Virus record (IMG/VR): IMGVR_UViG_3300026851_000039
Span: 1 to 44,202 of that record
Source of the DNA: a virus
Length of the DNA stretch: 44,202 bases
Direction: 5' to 3' (one strand)
Part shown: in pieces, positions 1 to 8,212 of the stretch
Layout: every line of letters starts with the position of its first letter
Numbering within the stretch: the first letter of the stretch is position 1
Program-made: the position numbers and the translations under genes
The notes under the pieces: model-generated
Told to the model about the DNA's origin: nothing
Seen by the model: only the letters and a program-made list of their open reading frames with translations
The model's database searches: none

Positions 1-1065
1 CTATTTTGTCGGTTTAACGACCTCCCCGACACGGCGATAAACCCTCTTGGTGATCTCTTCGGAGGTATGCCCAAGTAGCTTGCTGGCATGCTCCAGAGCG
101 ATCTCGCTGGCTGCCTTTGGCCGGATATCCCTGAACTGAAATTGACGGATACTGGCTGCGAGCGCTGTATCACCCTCAGCAATAGCCTTGATGGCTGCTT
201 TCTCCCTGGCCTCGTCCCAGCGGTTGCGCAGCATTTGCTGGCTCATCCGCAGGCCTGAGGCGTTGGTGATCAGGATTGATGTCCGGATGCCGTTCATTGC
301 TCGACGCTCCAGCAGGCTCTCAAGAAACGCCGCCAGATCGGATTGCTTGCCGGCGTCCTCAAGGAGAATGCGCAAGCGCTTCTCCGTCTTGCCCTGGCCG
401 ACACGGAGGAAACCATCGCTCAAGTCCGTTTTAGCGGCCTTGAGTACGTCGGCAGGGCGTTGGCCGGTGAGGTAGGCCAGATCCATGGCATCTTTCAATT
501 CCTGCACGGCCTGGGCGTACACCGCATCCCACACCACTTCACTAGCGTAATAGTCCCGCGGCGTCTCCTTGTTGCGCCGTAAGCCGAAGCATGGGTTGGC
601 TTTGTCGGTCATTCCCCATTCGCGGGCGATGGTGAACATGTGGGAGAGCAGGGCGATCTCGCGATTGGCTCTGACCTTAGCCGTTCGAGCATCGCGGTAT
701 TGAGCCACGATCTGGGGGGTTATGGCTTCGATTGGCGCTGTTTCGAATGCCTTTCGCAGTTGCTTCAGTTCTTTCAGGTTGTCACTTTGGGTTCGTGGTT
801 TTTTCCCGGGAATGATCTTGTCTTCATACTTATCGAAGAGTGCACTCATCAGGTGAGCAGGCTTCGGCGCGGCTTTGCGCTCCAGCCTGGCCCACTCGAG
901 CTTTGCCTCATCCAGATCATTGCCTAGTGGGATCTCCACTCGCGTGCCATCAGCATTGCGCCCGCAGTAGTAGTAACTGACCCAGGTCTTTCCGCTTTTT
1001 CTCTTGCGGGACCGCCTGAGCATCCGTGGCGGTAGGTCCCGGTTTTCTGTTTTTCTAGGGCGCAT
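1..1065 (-). CDS. int: Tyrosine recombinase, phage integrase
   Basis: Catalytic motifs TGQRPADV, FRDIRPKAAS, LLGHTSEEITKRVY. Confidence 0.95.
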   Translation of the reverse strand: MRPRKTENRDLPPRMLRRSRKRKSGKTWVSYYYCGRNADGTRVEIPLGNDLDEAKLEWARLERKAAPKPAHLMSALFDKYEDKIIPGKKPRTQSDNLKELKQLRKAFETAPIEAITPQIVAQYRDARTAKVRANREIALLSHMFTIAREWGMTDKANPCFGLRRNKETPRDYYASEVVWDAVYAQAVQELKDAMDLAYLTGQRPADVLKAAKTDLSDGFLRVGQGKTEKRLRILLEDAGKQSDLAAFLESLLERRAMNGIRTSILITNASGLRMSQQMLRNRWDEAREKAAIKAIAEGDTALAASIRQFQFRDIRPKAASEIALEHASKLLGHTSEEITKRVYRRVGEVVKPTK

Positions 1066-1068
1066 TCG

Positions 1069-1335
1069 TCACCCTACCCGTGAAAGATCGAGCGTCCAGG
1101 TCTCGACTACAGCGTTAGTCGCTGATGGCTTGACTCCGGCGAGTTTAAGGCGGGCATAGACCCGGCCGACAATGGGGCGTCTGGCTCCAGTAAGGACATA
1201 CTCCCAGCCATTGTTTGTGAGCCATTGGATCTGCCGAGATGGGATCAGGTATCCGGTGATAATGGCTAGCTCTTCTTGAGTAAGCATTTCGCTCTGCAGC
1301 GAAGTCGCACCATTGAACTCTTTAAGCTGAGTCAT
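1069..1335 (-). CDS. Putative excisionase / DUF4224-like small DNA-binding protein
   Basis: LTQEELAIITGY...RQIQWL...GRPIVGR pattern; immediately upstream of int; start may be internal. Confidence 0.75.
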   Translation of the reverse strand: MTQLKEFNGATSLQSEMLTQEELAIITGYLIPSRQIQWLTNNGWEYVLTGARRPIVGRVYARLKLAGVKPSATNAVVETWTLDLSRVG

Positions 1336-2102
1336 GCTGCCACCTCACCTTGAAAGTTCACGGAATGCAGTTGCTGCCACTCCCGGAACCTGGCCATTTC
1401 CAAGGGCTTTAAGTCTGTCCACCCTATAGGCCACCCCATCAGCCACTCGACCCACATCGGGTTCAGTTGCCCACCATGCTGAGCCATGACTGCATGATCT
1501 AGTCGGGTGTTCGAGCGATCGGCTCCAGACTTCCGCGTCAGGGCGTTGATGGATGAGCCTTTTGCCATGCTTGCCACTGGCGTCGGCCATTTTCTGCCCG
1601 TCACCTGTACGGGTGTCGAGGGCGATGAGCCAGATTCGATGTCGTTGATGGGGGGCGCCGAGATCAGTTGCTCCCAGGACACACCAGCGCGCGTCATACC
1701 CCATTTTGGCAAGGTCACCGAGTACCAATGCAAGTCCTCTTCCCACAAGCATCGGTGAGTTTTCCAGCGCGACGAGCTCAGGTCGTACTTCACTGACAAT
1801 TCGTGCCATTTGGCGCCACAGGCCGGAGCGGGGCCCCTCAATACCGAGGCCGTTGCCCGCGGTTGAGATGTCCTGGCAAGGAAATCCTCCCGAAACCACA
1901 TCAACAAGGCCTCGCCACGGTCTGCCGTCAAAACTGCAGACGTCAGGCCAAATCGGGAAGAGCGGGAGTGCTCCATCGGTCTGTCGTTGCGCCAGAACTT
2001 GTGCGGCGTAGGCATCACGCTCAACGGCGCAGACTGTGCGCCACCCCAGCAGGTGGCCGCCGAGTATTCCGCCACCAGCGCCTGCGAAAAGAGCCAGCTC
2101 AT
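1332..2102 (-). CDS. Alternative-frame partner (beta chain) of the C5 methyltransferase, carrying a TRD/motif IX-like segment
   Basis: 256-codon ORF overlapping the alpha gene; contains WPTPVAS and LNPMWVEWLMGWPIGWT; its stop overlaps the ATG of the next gene (1335). Confidence 0.7.
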   Translation of the reverse strand: MSWLFSQALVAEYSAATCWGGAQSAPLSVMPTPHKFWRNDRPMEHSRSSRFGLTSAVLTADRGEALLMWFREDFLARTSQPRATASVLRGPAPACGAKWHELSVKYDLSSSRWKTHRCLWEEDLHWYSVTLPKWGMTRAGVSWEQLISAPPINDIESGSSPSTPVQVTGRKWPTPVASMAKGSSINALTRKSGADRSNTRLDHAVMAQHGGQLNPMWVEWLMGWPIGWTDLKPLEMARFREWQQLHSVNFQGEVAA

Positions 2103-2106
2103 TCAC
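1345..2106 (-). CDS. DNA cytosine-C5 methyltransferase, alpha chain (motifs I-VIII and X)
   Basis: LFAGAGG (I), GGFPCQD (IV), ENS (VI), HQRHRIW (VIII), LGNGQVP (X); GTG start at 2106 after GGAGG. Confidence 0.9.
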   Translation of the reverse strand: MNELALFAGAGGGILGGHLLGWRTVCAVERDAYAAQVLAQRQTDGALPLFPIWPDVCSFDGRPWRGLVDVVSGGFPCQDISTAGNGLGIEGPRSGLWRQMARIVSEVRPELVALENSPMLVGRGLALVLGDLAKMGYDARWCVLGATDLGAPHQRHRIWLIALDTRTGDGQKMADASGKHGKRLIHQRPDAEVWSRSLEHPTRSCSHGSAWWATEPDVGRVADGVAYRVDRLKALGNGQVPGVAATAFRELSR

Positions 2107-3143
2107 GTGGCCTCCTGCATGGACGAATTGGCAGGAAATGGGCATGCTCCATTTTTTGTAATGGCTTGGAGCCATGAGGGATGTTGGATTTGAAACGGAT
2201 GGTTGAGCGCAGCCTTTGGGCGCTGTGGTATTTGAGTTTCGGGGCGGCAGCCTTCTGGCTTTTGGCTGGTTCCGTTGGTTACTGGGTGAAGCTTGGTTGG
2301 CTTCCAAAAGATGCTTCTGGTTGGGTTCAAGGTGTCGGTTCCATTCTCGCGATCTTTGTTGCGGTGATAGTTCCAGCGAGCATGAAAAGGCATGAAACTC
2401 GAAGAAGACAAATAAGCGAGATAGAGGCCGAGCTTGGGGCTTACTACCAGTTTAGAAATTTGATTCAAGAGTCTCAGGACCTCCTTTGTTCGCCTATTGG
2501 CAGTCGACAAGGTAGTGGGTATGGATGGAGTAGAGAGTTTGTCTATGACCGTTGCTTGAATGTGATTGAGCGGCTGAATATCTTGAGTTTGAAGAGTTCT
2601 GATGTGTTGTTTTTGAAACACATTTACGACGTGCGAATGCATGTCATGGGGTTCATCAAGCTGATTGTCCCTGACGACGTTTCCGGCAGTACGGACCGGG
2701 TGAGATTTGTGGATGCGCTCACGGAAATTAAGTCTCATGTTAGTGAGCTGATTGCTTCTCAAACCTTGTACCTTGAGAAGCTGGACTCCTGATTCGGGCT
2801 TATACCCCATCACAGGCTGCGCGGGCGGGCGTTCCTGAGCGATCAGCGTTGCATCGGCACTGGCTGCCTCGCGCAGCTTTTCGTGGGGTATAAGTGCCTC
2901 GGCAGTGGAACTGATAGGGTCAATAATGCCTGCTGCTGCGCAGCAGAGACTCTTTGTTTTCTGCGCGTTGATGCGTACCTGTTCGCGGAGCAAAGCGGGG
3001 CAGGTGGCGTCGCAATCCTGAGCGCGCGCGTGCCCGCTTTCCTCCGAGGTCGAGAGCTGCGTCGATCCCTGTCCGACGGCGCGGGCATGTCCGGTGCATG
3101 GCGCAGAGTCGCAGAGCAAGCCGGGGTGGTGGGCCTGATTCAT
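2103..3143 (-). CDS. Hypothetical early protein that spans a nested antisense gene
   Basis: Start overlaps upstream stop (ATGA, 3143-3140); TGA overlaps the methyltransferase GTG and abuts the beta-chain ATG. Confidence 0.5.
   Translation of the reverse strand: MNQAHHPGLLCDSAPCTGHARAVGQGSTQLSTSEESGHARAQDCDATCPALLREQVRINAQKTKSLCCAAAGIIDPISSTAEALIPHEKLREAASADATLIAQERPPAQPVMGYKPESGVQLLKVQGLRSNQLTNMRLNFRERIHKSHPVRTAGNVVRDNQLDEPHDMHSHVVNVFQKQHIRTLQTQDIQPLNHIQATVIDKLSTPSIPTTLSTANRRTKEVLRLLNQISKLVVSPKLGLYLAYLSSSSFMPFHARWNYHRNKDRENGTDTLNPTRSIFWKPTKLHPVTNGTSQKPEGCRPETQIPQRPKAALNHPFQIQHPSWLQAITKNGACPFPANSSMQEAT
2181..2792 (+). CDS. Low-GC moron: membrane protein with two N-terminal TM helices (possible exclusion/defence factor)
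   Basis: GAGGG RBS; hydrophobic segments SLWALWYLSFGAAAFWLLAG and WVQGVGSILAIFVAVIVP; lower GC than flanks. Confidence 0.75.
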   Translation: MLDLKRMVERSLWALWYLSFGAAAFWLLAGSVGYWVKLGWLPKDASGWVQGVGSILAIFVAVIVPASMKRHETRRRQISEIEAELGAYYQFRNLIQESQDLLCSPIGSRQGSGYGWSREFVYDRCLNVIERLNILSLKSSDVLFLKHIYDVRMHVMGFIKLIVPDDVSGSTDRVRFVDALTEIKSHVSELIASQTLYLEKLDS

Positions 3144-3547
3144 GCTGTGGCCTCCTGTTCGGTGGACTTCAAGAGATCGGCGAGGGCGAGGGCTTCGTTA
3201 CGCAGGCGGTGTGCGTCGCGCTCGAGCTTCTTGCCCGTCTTGAAGGCGCTCCAGGTCTCGGCGGCAATGCGCAGGCTTTCAGCGATCTGCAATAGGGTGT
3301 GGCGGTGCTGCTCTTGCAGTGCGCTTGCATCCTTCAGCCGCTTAGCGTGCGCGGCCAGGTGCCGGTGGTCGTTACGCAGGAATTCCAGGGACGCTTCCAG
3401 TCGCTGGATGGTTGCCTCGTGCTCGAGGTCGCTGGCAATGCGGCCTCGGACGCGGCCCTCTTGGCGGCCAAAGCAGTAGGCGTAGGCGAACAGCCCGATA
3501 ACGAACGCGCAGATGGCGGCGAGGGCGATGACCTGTTGGGTGGTCAT
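3140..3547 (-). CDS. Hypothetical phage protein, N-terminal TM helix plus coiled coil
   Basis: AAGGAG RBS; hydrophobic N-terminus; coupled to the downstream ORF. Confidence 0.75.
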   Translation of the reverse strand: MTTQQVIALAAICAFVIGLFAYAYCFGRQEGRVRGRIASDLEHEATIQRLEASLEFLRNDHRHLAAHAKRLKDASALQEQHRHTLLQIAESLRIAAETWSAFKTGKKLERDAHRLRNEALALADLLKSTEQEATA

Positions 3548-3600
3548 GGGTCTTACTCCTTGTGGTGTGCGGGCCGGTGGTGGCGGCCGTGCATTGGGGG

Positions 3601-3918
3601 TTACTCGTTTGTTTCGGCTTGTGCGCGGGGCATGTCTTCATCCGCCTTGTAGGCTCGGATATCGATCAGTGCTGCGACATGTCGGATGTGCACGTATTTC
3701 GGTGCCTTGCGGCTGTTGTCCAGGGTGGTAACGGGTATTTCGATGCGGCCGCTGGTGATCTCTGCCGCAAACGACTCCTTGTTGAGGTTGCGGAAATACT
3801 GCTCGCGCAGCCTTTCAAGGGGGATCAACACATCACCGAAGGTTCGATAGAGCAGCTCGACGGTGGATGAGTCCGGTGCGGGATGTAGTCGCAGCGGTGC
3901 TTGACTGTTATTGCTCAT
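3601..3918 (-). CDS. PrtN (pyocin activator) family protein
   Basis: TVELLYRTFGDVLIPLE...YFRNLN...SRKAPKYVHIRHVAALID pattern; GGAGG RBS before ATG 3918. Confidence 0.75.
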   Translation of the reverse strand: MSNNSQAPLRLHPAPDSSTVELLYRTFGDVLIPLERLREQYFRNLNKESFAAEITSGRIEIPVTTLDNSRKAPKYVHIRHVAALIDIRAYKADEDMPRAQAETNE

Positions 3919-4090
3919 GGCTCTGTTGGGCCTCCTTGCGTTTGTGGCGAGCTGGGTGGTTCCAGGCATTCAGGCAGTGGCGTTTGGTCAGTTCCCGCAG
4001 ATGTTCTGGTACCTCGAGGAGCGCGGCGTTGCGCTTCTCTTTGGTACGCAGGGCTAAGATCTGGCGGGCGTATTCCCTAGGCCACGTCAC
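3908..4090 (-). CDS. Small hypothetical phage protein
   Basis: Overlaps both neighbours in the operon; WPREYARQILAL...VPEHLR pattern. Confidence 0.65.
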   Translation of the reverse strand: MTWPREYARQILALRTKEKRNAALLEVPEHLRELTKRHCLNAWNHPARHKRKEAQQSHEQ

Positions 4091-4361
4091 GGCGGTCTGC
4101 CGGGATCACCGGCATCTCAAGCCCCAATTGTTCAGCGAGCCAGGGCAGGCCGGCTTGCTTCACCCGGGTGGATTGGCTGTATTGCATGCCCAGCTCCGGG
4201 TGCCACCATTGGCCGTCCTTGATCCGCAGGTACTCACGGTCGCGGGTGGGGTAGGCCGGCAGATTGCGCTCGTTGAGCAGTCCCTTTTCGCGCATGAGGT
4301 CGATCAGTTTTGGCCGGGTGATGCCCAGGAACTGGGCTGCTTTGGCGAGATTGCGTTCCAT
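4077..4361 (-). CDS. Phage antirepressor KilAC/ANT-domain protein
   Basis: LAKAAQFLGITRPKLIDLMREKGLL...LPAYP...TRVKQAGLPWL. Confidence 0.8.
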   Translation of the reverse strand: MERNLAKAAQFLGITRPKLIDLMREKGLLNERNLPAYPTRDREYLRIKDGQWWHPELGMQYSQSTRVKQAGLPWLAEQLGLEMPVIPADRRDVA

Positions 4362-4371
4362 GGTTAACCCC

Positions 4372-4962
4372 CTATGCCGCGTGTGCTGCAGGAGTTGCGA
4401 CTGCAGCCAGGTGGTTGATGGACTCGATGATCTTCTCGTACATCTCGGTGTCGCTACCGCACACGGTGAAGCACTTGGTGCGGGTTTTTTTCACACCAAT
4501 GCTCATGATGGTGGTCACGGCTTTACGTGTGCGGTTGCGATGGAAGGCAACCTGAATAGGGAGGTCGAACCCCATATCCAGGCTGATGGTGCCGCCAGTA
4601 CGCACTAGCTCGAACACTTGCTGCCGTTGTTCGGTTTCAAAGGTACCGAAGCGACGACCTGCATGAGGAAGTGTCCGCAGATCGGCCGAGTTGCTAGGGT
4701 CGAAGGGGCCGTTAACGATCTCTTCGATAAAGTCGGCCAGCTTGAGGTGCATCCTCTTTTCGTTCGGCAGAGTGAGCGTGTGGCGTTCGCTTCCCAGCTC
4801 GACAGTGAAGAGCGTATCGGATTGGCTGCGTTCAACCTTCAGGCGGAACGAAAGCACATCGCGCCGCGGGGTCGAGCGGAGCGTGTGGGTAAAAGTCTCG
4901 GTCAGGTTTACCTGAGCCTGAAGGAGGGTCAGGGTTCGATTGTCGAGTTTGTACTTGCTCAT
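4372..4962 (-). CDS. Hypothetical phage early protein
   Basis: ATG 4962 overlaps the upstream stop; open for 196 codons. Confidence 0.7.
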   Translation of the reverse strand: MSKYKLDNRTLTLLQAQVNLTETFTHTLRSTPRRDVLSFRLKVERSQSDTLFTVELGSERHTLTLPNEKRMHLKLADFIEEIVNGPFDPSNSADLRTLPHAGRRFGTFETEQRQQVFELVRTGGTISLDMGFDLPIQVAFHRNRTRKAVTTIMSIGVKKTRTKCFTVCGSDTEMYEKIIESINHLAAVATPAAHAA

Positions 4963-5135
4963 GCCGCATGTCCCCCGCCATTTTGGCCGAAGGGGGCAGG
5001 GATGGTGCGGGGTTTCTGCTTGGGTTTGCTGGCGACGAATTCGCACCCGGTCTCACGGGCTAGGCGGCGGATTTCGAAGGTGCGGAAAGGGTCTGCAGCG
5101 GCTGGGTGGACGTGCAAGGTTGCTGTGGTGTGCAT
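4959..5135 (-). CDS. Small hypothetical protein, first gene of the leftward operon
   Basis: GAGG RBS before ATG 5135; directly downstream of PL. Confidence 0.6.
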   Translation of the reverse strand: MHTTATLHVHPAAADPFRTFEIRRLARETGCEFVASKPKQKPRTIPAPFGQNGGGHAA

Positions 5136-5170
5136 GGTGTTGCCTCGCTCTGTGGTGGAAGAGTGAAGCA

Positions 5171-5209
5171 AATATCAACTGATGGTTGTTTTATGTCAAC
5201 CACTGGTTG
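5171..5209 (-). promoter_or_regulatory. Leftward early promoter PL with two repressor operators
   Basis: TTGACA (5199-5194), 17 bp, GATATT (5176-5171) on the minus strand; CAAC-N5-GTTG at 5176-5188 and 5197-5209. Confidence 0.8.
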
Positions 5210-5294
5210 TTTTTTTGATGATTTATTGCGCAGATGGCTATTCATTTGTAAGGTGGCAAAATGATGTTACTGTTGATCATTGGAGAAACTAAGA

Positions 5295-7085
5295 ATGGAT
5301 GCAAGTGAGTTTGCCGCAGACTTTGTTACACAAAATATAGAAGGCATTCTGAAGTTAGCCAAAAAAGCTTACGGAAGTGTCGATGAAGTTCTACAAGTAA
5401 AGCTGAAAACTGCGTATACGGACTATTTAAAAGGGGCGCAGGAGAAATACTCTAATTCAAAATCTTTTTTTATACGGAATCAGTCTGTAGATTTGTATTC
5501 CTACTATGTTTCGAGTGGTATCAGATGTGATAGGCACTTGATTCAAGCTCCAGACTTCAAAGGGTGTATTGAGTTTTCAAAGAACTTGATTATCACCGGT
5601 AGTGGTGGGAGTGGTAAGTCGGTGTTAATGCGGCATTTGTTCTTAGATTGTATGCGAAGTAAGAAGTACACGCCCATACTTGTTGAGTTGCGCGATTTAA
5701 ATAGTGAAGGGGCGGATCTGGATTCTTGTATATTGGGAGTACTTGACGGTTTTGGTTTTGATACCTCCGGAGGGTATTTTACTAAGGCAAAAGAAGCTGG
5801 GCATTTTTGTTTCTTTTTCGATGGGTATGATGAAGTTGATTATGCACTGAGGAAAAAAGTTGTAGCTCAGATTAATGAGTTGACTAGCAAGTATGCAAAG
5901 TGTCCCGTTGTTATTTCTTCGCGACCGGATGATGTATTTGGTGGGTTGGACAGCTTTAGTGTTTTTTCTGTTGTTCCATTGACTCTCGAAGTTGCATCTA
6001 ATTTGATAGAAAGACTTCCGTATGATGAAGAAGTTAAGAAGAAGTTTGTAGCGGATTTGAAGGGTGGGCTATTTAAAAAGCATGAGTCGTTTCTTTCTAA
6101 TCCACTCTTGCTTTCTATAATGCTCCTCACTTACGGAGAAAATGCCGAGATTCCGACGAAGTTGAGTGTTTTCTACAATCAAGCGTACGAGGCGTTATTC
6201 CAGCGGCACGATGCGAATAAGGGAGGTTACAGCAGGAATAGACTTACAGACCTTGATGTTCAGGATTTTTCTCGCGTGTTTTCTTTATTTGCGCTGCAGA
6301 CATATGAAAAACGCATATTTAAGATGTCAAGGACAGATTGTATTGGTTATATCGAGAAGAGTAAAAAAAGTTTTCAAAAAGATTTTAAAGCACAAGATTA
6401 TCTAGCAGATCTCCTGTCCGCCGCCTGCTTGCTAGTTGAGGATGGGCTTGAAATAGCATTTTCACATAGGTCTTTTCAAGAGTATTTTGTAGCGCTATAT
6501 ATTTCAATGGCGTCTCCGCAAATTCAGGAAAAGCTACTTGAACGATATTTTGCAAACTATCACTCTGATAAGGTGGTGAGTCTGCTCATGGAGATTCATC
6601 CGGAATTGGTTGAGAGGGTTTTAATAATTCCGAAGTTGGAGGCGTATTTTTCTGAGTTGGGTATTAAGAAAAAAGTTGGTATATCCCATATAGTTAAGCA
6701 TATGAAGAGGGCTTATGATTTTATTTCGATTGAAAAGAAAAAGCTGTCGGCAGCTCGCAAGGATACTACGGGAGGAGAAGCTTTAGTCTCTATGATGGCG
6801 TTGCGGTATGGGAACTATAAGTTTAGAGGGCAGGCATATTATGAACAATATGCTGCGGACTTATACGAGCGCTATAAGGATGGGCATGCAGTTGGCCGGA
6901 TACAAAATAGACTTCGATTCCCCACCAAAGGGATGACCCAGAAGACCCCTGTCTTGCTAGATATTGTGTATGGTCAGGGAACGTTTTCGATAGTTTTTTT
7001 ACAGACAGCATTTGATGCTTTTATCAAGTTAAAATCCAAGCATGAGAATCGTATAGAGAACCTCGAAGGGCTCCTCGGTATTTGA
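5295..7085 (+). CDS. NACHT-family STAND NTPase (candidate anti-phage defence protein)
   Basis: Walker A GSGGSGKS, Walker B FFFDGYDEV, ISSRP, SNPLLLSIM, FSHRSFQEYF; AT-rich; GGAG before ATG 5295. Confidence 0.88.
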   Translation: MDASEFAADFVTQNIEGILKLAKKAYGSVDEVLQVKLKTAYTDYLKGAQEKYSNSKSFFIRNQSVDLYSYYVSSGIRCDRHLIQAPDFKGCIEFSKNLIITGSGGSGKSVLMRHLFLDCMRSKKYTPILVELRDLNSEGADLDSCILGVLDGFGFDTSGGYFTKAKEAGHFCFFFDGYDEVDYALRKKVVAQINELTSKYAKCPVVISSRPDDVFGGLDSFSVFSVVPLTLEVASNLIERLPYDEEVKKKFVADLKGGLFKKHESFLSNPLLLSIMLLTYGENAEIPTKLSVFYNQAYEALFQRHDANKGGYSRNRLTDLDVQDFSRVFSLFALQTYEKRIFKMSRTDCIGYIEKSKKSFQKDFKAQDYLADLLSAACLLVEDGLEIAFSHRSFQEYFVALYISMASPQIQEKLLERYFANYHSDKVVSLLMEIHPELVERVLIIPKLEAYFSELGIKKKVGISHIVKHMKRAYDFISIEKKKLSAARKDTTGGEALVSMMALRYGNYKFRGQAYYEQYAADLYERYKDGHAVGRIQNRLRFPTKGMTQKTPVLLDIVYGQGTFSIVFLQTAFDAFIKLKSKHENRIENLEGLLGI

Positions 7086-7099
7086 CATCTATAGTGAAT

Positions 7100-7127
7100 T
7101 CAATCTATATAAAGTTATATAGATTGA
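7100..7127. repeat. Perfect AT-rich inverted repeat between the convergent NACHT and cI genes
   Basis: TCAATCTATATA-AAGT-TATATAGATTGA. Confidence 0.6.
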
Positions 7128-7140
7128 GATTGCTCAGCAC

Positions 7141-7872
7141 TCACTCCGGAAAAAAAGAACCGATTACTTTTCCGCAGATGTGCGTTTCTTCCGTTATATC
7201 AATAATTGGATACTGGGGGTTGATAGGTCTTAGATATTGGCGACCAGCATCCTCCACTAAAACCTTGAAAGTCGCTTCATTGGTTCGAGGTACTCGGGCG
7301 ATGACTCTATCTCCCGTTTTTACCTCTGCTTCAGGATCTACAAAAATAATACAGCCAGTAGGATAGCTTCGTCCTGGCCCAGGATTAGTCATTGAGTCGC
7401 CAAGAACTTTCAAGGCGTATCCGTGTTTGCTTATTGATACTGGGCAAGATAGCCATGAGTCAGCGTCAGAGGTTTCAATGTTCGATATCGCTTCACACCA
7501 AGCCCCTGCCTGTACCCAAGAAATCAACGGAACTTTACCAATTCGCCTTGTTATCTCAGTAACGTTGGCGCCTTCTTTACTAAGCATTTGTCTACCATTG
7601 CTTTCGCTGGTTTGCTCTTTTGGCAAAACGCCATACTCAAGCCATTCTCGGCGAATTTTCAACCAAGAACAGAGCGCCAGCATGCTGTCGGCTTCAGCAA
7701 CTGCCTCGCCATTCAGCCATTTGCTTACAGCCTGAGTCGTTTTACAAACGCCCATGCTTTTCAGCTGCCGATGAATATCTACGCCGCGCCCACGGCTTCG
7801 CACGCCGGCATCGTCGAGGGCTTCATGTAGACGCTCGCTAAAAGCTGCGCGGAGAGAATTTTTATCAACCAT
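7141..7872 (-). CDS. cI: CI-like repressor (HTH plus S24 autopeptidase)
   Basis: TQAVSKWLNG HTH; VPLISWVQAG cleavage site; GDSM and ATFK catalytic Ser/Lys. Confidence 0.92.
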   Translation of the reverse strand: MVDKNSLRAAFSERLHEALDDAGVRSRGRGVDIHRQLKSMGVCKTTQAVSKWLNGEAVAEADSMLALCSWLKIRREWLEYGVLPKEQTSESNGRQMLSKEGANVTEITRRIGKVPLISWVQAGAWCEAISNIETSDADSWLSCPVSISKHGYALKVLGDSMTNPGPGRSYPTGCIIFVDPEAEVKTGDRVIARVPRTNEATFKVLVEDAGRQYLRPINPQYPIIDITEETHICGKVIGSFFPE

Positions 7873-7935
7873 GGGTTGAGAGTCTCACAAAGGTTGCGCA
7901 ATAGTCAGTTGATCTATAACATCAACCGCAAGTTG
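7866..7935. promoter_or_regulatory. Right operator region (cI/cro switch)
   Basis: CAAC-N5-GTTG at 7866-7878 and 7923-7935, CAAT-N5-GTTG at 7899-7911, degenerate box at 7884-7896; possible PR TTGCGC-17-TAACAT. Confidence 0.75.
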
Positions 7936-7951
7936 ATAAATGGAGGTTGTC

Positions 7952-8212
7952 ATGCTGGACCCCACAGATTTTCCGAGCGCGATTGCGTTTGCTTTTGAAG
8001 CAGTAGGCGGCATTGGGGCCGCCGCCAAGGTATGCAATCGAAGCTATCAGGCTCTGAACAAGTGGCGTCAGGCTGGCTGCCTGCCGCGAACGGATTACAC
8101 CGGTGAAACTAAATACGCTGAGCTTTTGGCTAGTGCCGCAGAGCGGAAAGGCAATGCCTTTCAATCCGCTTGGCTGTTGAACGCATCGGCTCCCCAGAAA
8201 GCTGCAGCGTAG
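7952..8212 (+). CDS. Cro-like HTH regulator
   Basis: Divergent from cI; GGIGAAAKVCNRSYQALNKW HTH; GGAGG RBS. Confidence 0.8.
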   Translation: MLDPTDFPSAIAFAFEAVGGIGAAAKVCNRSYQALNKWRQAGCLPRTDYTGETKYAELLASAAERKGNAFQSAWLLNASAPQKAAA

